From Piromyces finnis finn (Eukaryota; Fungi; Neocallimastigomycota), in assembly GCA_002104945.1 (NCBI GenBank), contig MCFH01000058.1:264924-328923 (forward strand): a stretch of DNA of 64,000 bases, in the 5' to 3' direction. A program made the position numbers and the translations under genes. The first letter of the stretch is position 1; the number at the start of each line of letters is the position of its first letter. Shown here piece by piece: positions 61,915-64,000 of the stretch. Below the pieces are notes generated by a model. It saw nothing but the letters and a program-made list of their open reading frames with translations. It was not told the DNA's origin and ran no database searches.

Positions 61915-64000
61915 TGTTAAGTTTTTGGATTTGGTTATGCGGCCAGGTCAGAATGTTATCAATTATATAGTAGATATGTTTTTTAAGAAATTAAATTTAA
62001 ATATAAAATAACCCTTTAAACTTCCAAATGAGAAATTAATATTTATTCTTTAGAATAACTTTTTTTATAAAATTTTATTTATTTATTAATAATAATATAA
62101 ATGATAATATATTTAATAACTATATAATTAAGATTATAACTATAATCTTTACAAAGAATTAAAATCGAATTCAATTCATTCTATTTTATATTCTTTTTTC
62201 AGATTATTAAATTGATGAAAATAAAGTATTACATGTAATATGTTAATAATATAATAAGATTGTTTGTTTGTCTGTTTGTTTTGTCATGACATAAAATAAA
62301 ATAAACATATGATTAATCATTTAAACACTTGATCCATTAACCTATTTTATAATAATTAAAATTATTTAATTTATAAATGTTAACTGTTACACCTAAATGG
62401 TTTAGTTCTATTTTTAGTAACAGTCACTATCATTAATTAAATTAATATAATTAGAATTTCTATTGATATCTTTTTAATTTTCGTCAAGTCATAAGAAATG
62501 TCTATGATCCATACTTGATATCATATTAATTTTAATTTACTTATTAAAATCTTCAAATGATCATATCTTCCTTAAATGACCAGTTAGAAGGACCGCGATT
62601 GTACCAAAATGTAGCTTTTTCCTTAAGCTTTCTAATAAACCTGGTTTCATAGCCGTAGCACTTACAGCCGTAGCGATCGTTTTTGGCGAGTTACACCTTG
62701 TTTCGTGTTTGTTTATTTTTGGTTAAGGGTTATAGTGTATTGATATTAAATTTTTTGAAATCATAACCCTTTCACTGAATCAGAATTTAAAAGGTGACTT
62801 TTAAAGGTGTTTTAAAATAATTATTGGGATTATTTAATTCTAATTATTATGTTTAATTAATTATAGATATTATCTGAATTTGTTTTAAATCCAGTTAATA
62901 TCTTCACAACGCCCTCCCTAGGAATTCGTATTCCAGACGAATTCTAGAAACTGGAGCGAGAAATAAAAATTTTTGATTTTAAAAAATTTTTACGAGAGGA
63001 AGTAATAATTTCAAAAGGTCACTTGGCCATTGTGAGATTTTTGAAATTTCACTTTTTGAAAAATTTCTTTGTTGATAAAATTTTAATAATAAAATTGATA
63101 AAGTAAGATTTAAAAATGATAATAGAAATAAAAAAATTAAGTTTTAATATAATAATTGAAAAATATTAAAAGTAAAAATTTTGAAATGTTGAAATTTCAA
63201 AATTTTGTGATGAGTTAAATTTCGAAATTTAGTTGTTATAAAAATTTTTTGTAATTGTTGTAAAAGTTATTTTTAGAGAATTATTGACTTATTAATATAA
63301 TAATAATTAATTATATGCTATAGAAGCATAATGACGTCCACTTTTTAAATATTTTTGATAAATGAATTGGTTGCGTGGATTGTCTTCTACTTCACTTGCT
63401 GGTACCCAATTGTAAGTAGGGCGGTATTTATATCGAATTTTATATTCATATCGTTGTTGTTTATAATTGGTACGGAATCCAGATATTTCCACTATATCTT
63501 TTATTGATTCTGGATCCGCAGTTCTATTTAAAAATTCTTTTGGAGTTGGTTTATAAGGTTCTAACTCAGATACATGAAATATTGGATAGTGTTTGGGGAA
63601 AGGTGATTTTTTGATATCAATTTCATAATTGTTATTTCTTAAAACTTGTGTTATTTTATATGGACCATATTTGCAAGGAGCTAATTTGGAACTATTTTCA
63701 ATATTTAAAGAAGGTGGGGCTTGAATCCAAACTAGATCATCAATTTTAAAATTTGGAGCTTCTAAACGACTTTTATCCACTCTTCTTTTATACAATTCTT
63801 TGGAGCGTAGTAACACTTCTTTTATGTGGTTGAATGCATCATTAACGTTTTGAACTAGTTTATGATTAATATTACATTGTGGTAATAGGGTCATTTCATC
63901 CATCGGAGGATGAAAACCATAATTAATGAAGAATGGTGTTTCTTTGGTTGATTCATTAACAGCATTGTTATAAGCGAATTCTGCAAGTGGAAGCCATCAA
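61915..64000 (-). mobile_element. E5: 3' end of a chromovirus-type element (LTR family F)
   Basis: 3' LTR 61915-62908; PPT TAGGGAGGGCGT (62909-62920), ending GGGCGT like E2; integrase-chromodomain ORF. Confidence 0.93.
63307..63996 (-). pseudogene. pol: Integrase C-terminus plus chromodomain of E5; in-frame TGA at 63997-63999
   Basis: WLPLAEFAYNNAVNESTKETPFFINYGFHPP...KYGPY...YEYKIRYKYRPTYNWVP, close to E2. Confidence 0.9.

Overview
Extremely AT-rich eukaryotic DNA with no convincing intact host gene. The genome style fits an anaerobic gut fungus or a dictyostelid, but the sequence alone cannot decide. Most of the window is nested Ty3/gypsy LTR retrotransposons. Five carry coding sequence: three chromodomain-type elements (E1 <1-7306 +, E2 12162-18840 +, E5 61915->64000 -) and two tRNA-primed non-chromodomain elements (E3 20554-29843 +, E4 34660-45182 -). 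There is also one non-autonomous tRNA-Ala-primed element and more than a dozen solo or fragmentary LTRs (my working labels: families A-L). Two divergently oriented tRNA-Cys(GCA) genes (12025-12096 -, 45200-45271 +) bracket about 33 kb of stacked elements. Main discovery: target-site duplications (TSDs) indicate repeated integration at two fixed distances upstream of tRNA genes, about 13-17 bp and about 61-67 bp. The distal site is used by chromovirus-type elements. Those elements appear to self-prime reverse transcription in the Tf1 manner, supported by compensatory base changes between E1 and E2. Three poly(A)-tailed, long-TSD insertions are also present; two share a covarying hairpin block and one looks like an mRNA retrocopy. 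The 45.5-57.8 kb region contains a 120-bp satellite and many local tandem duplications. All alignments were done by eye, so coordinates may be off by a few bases.
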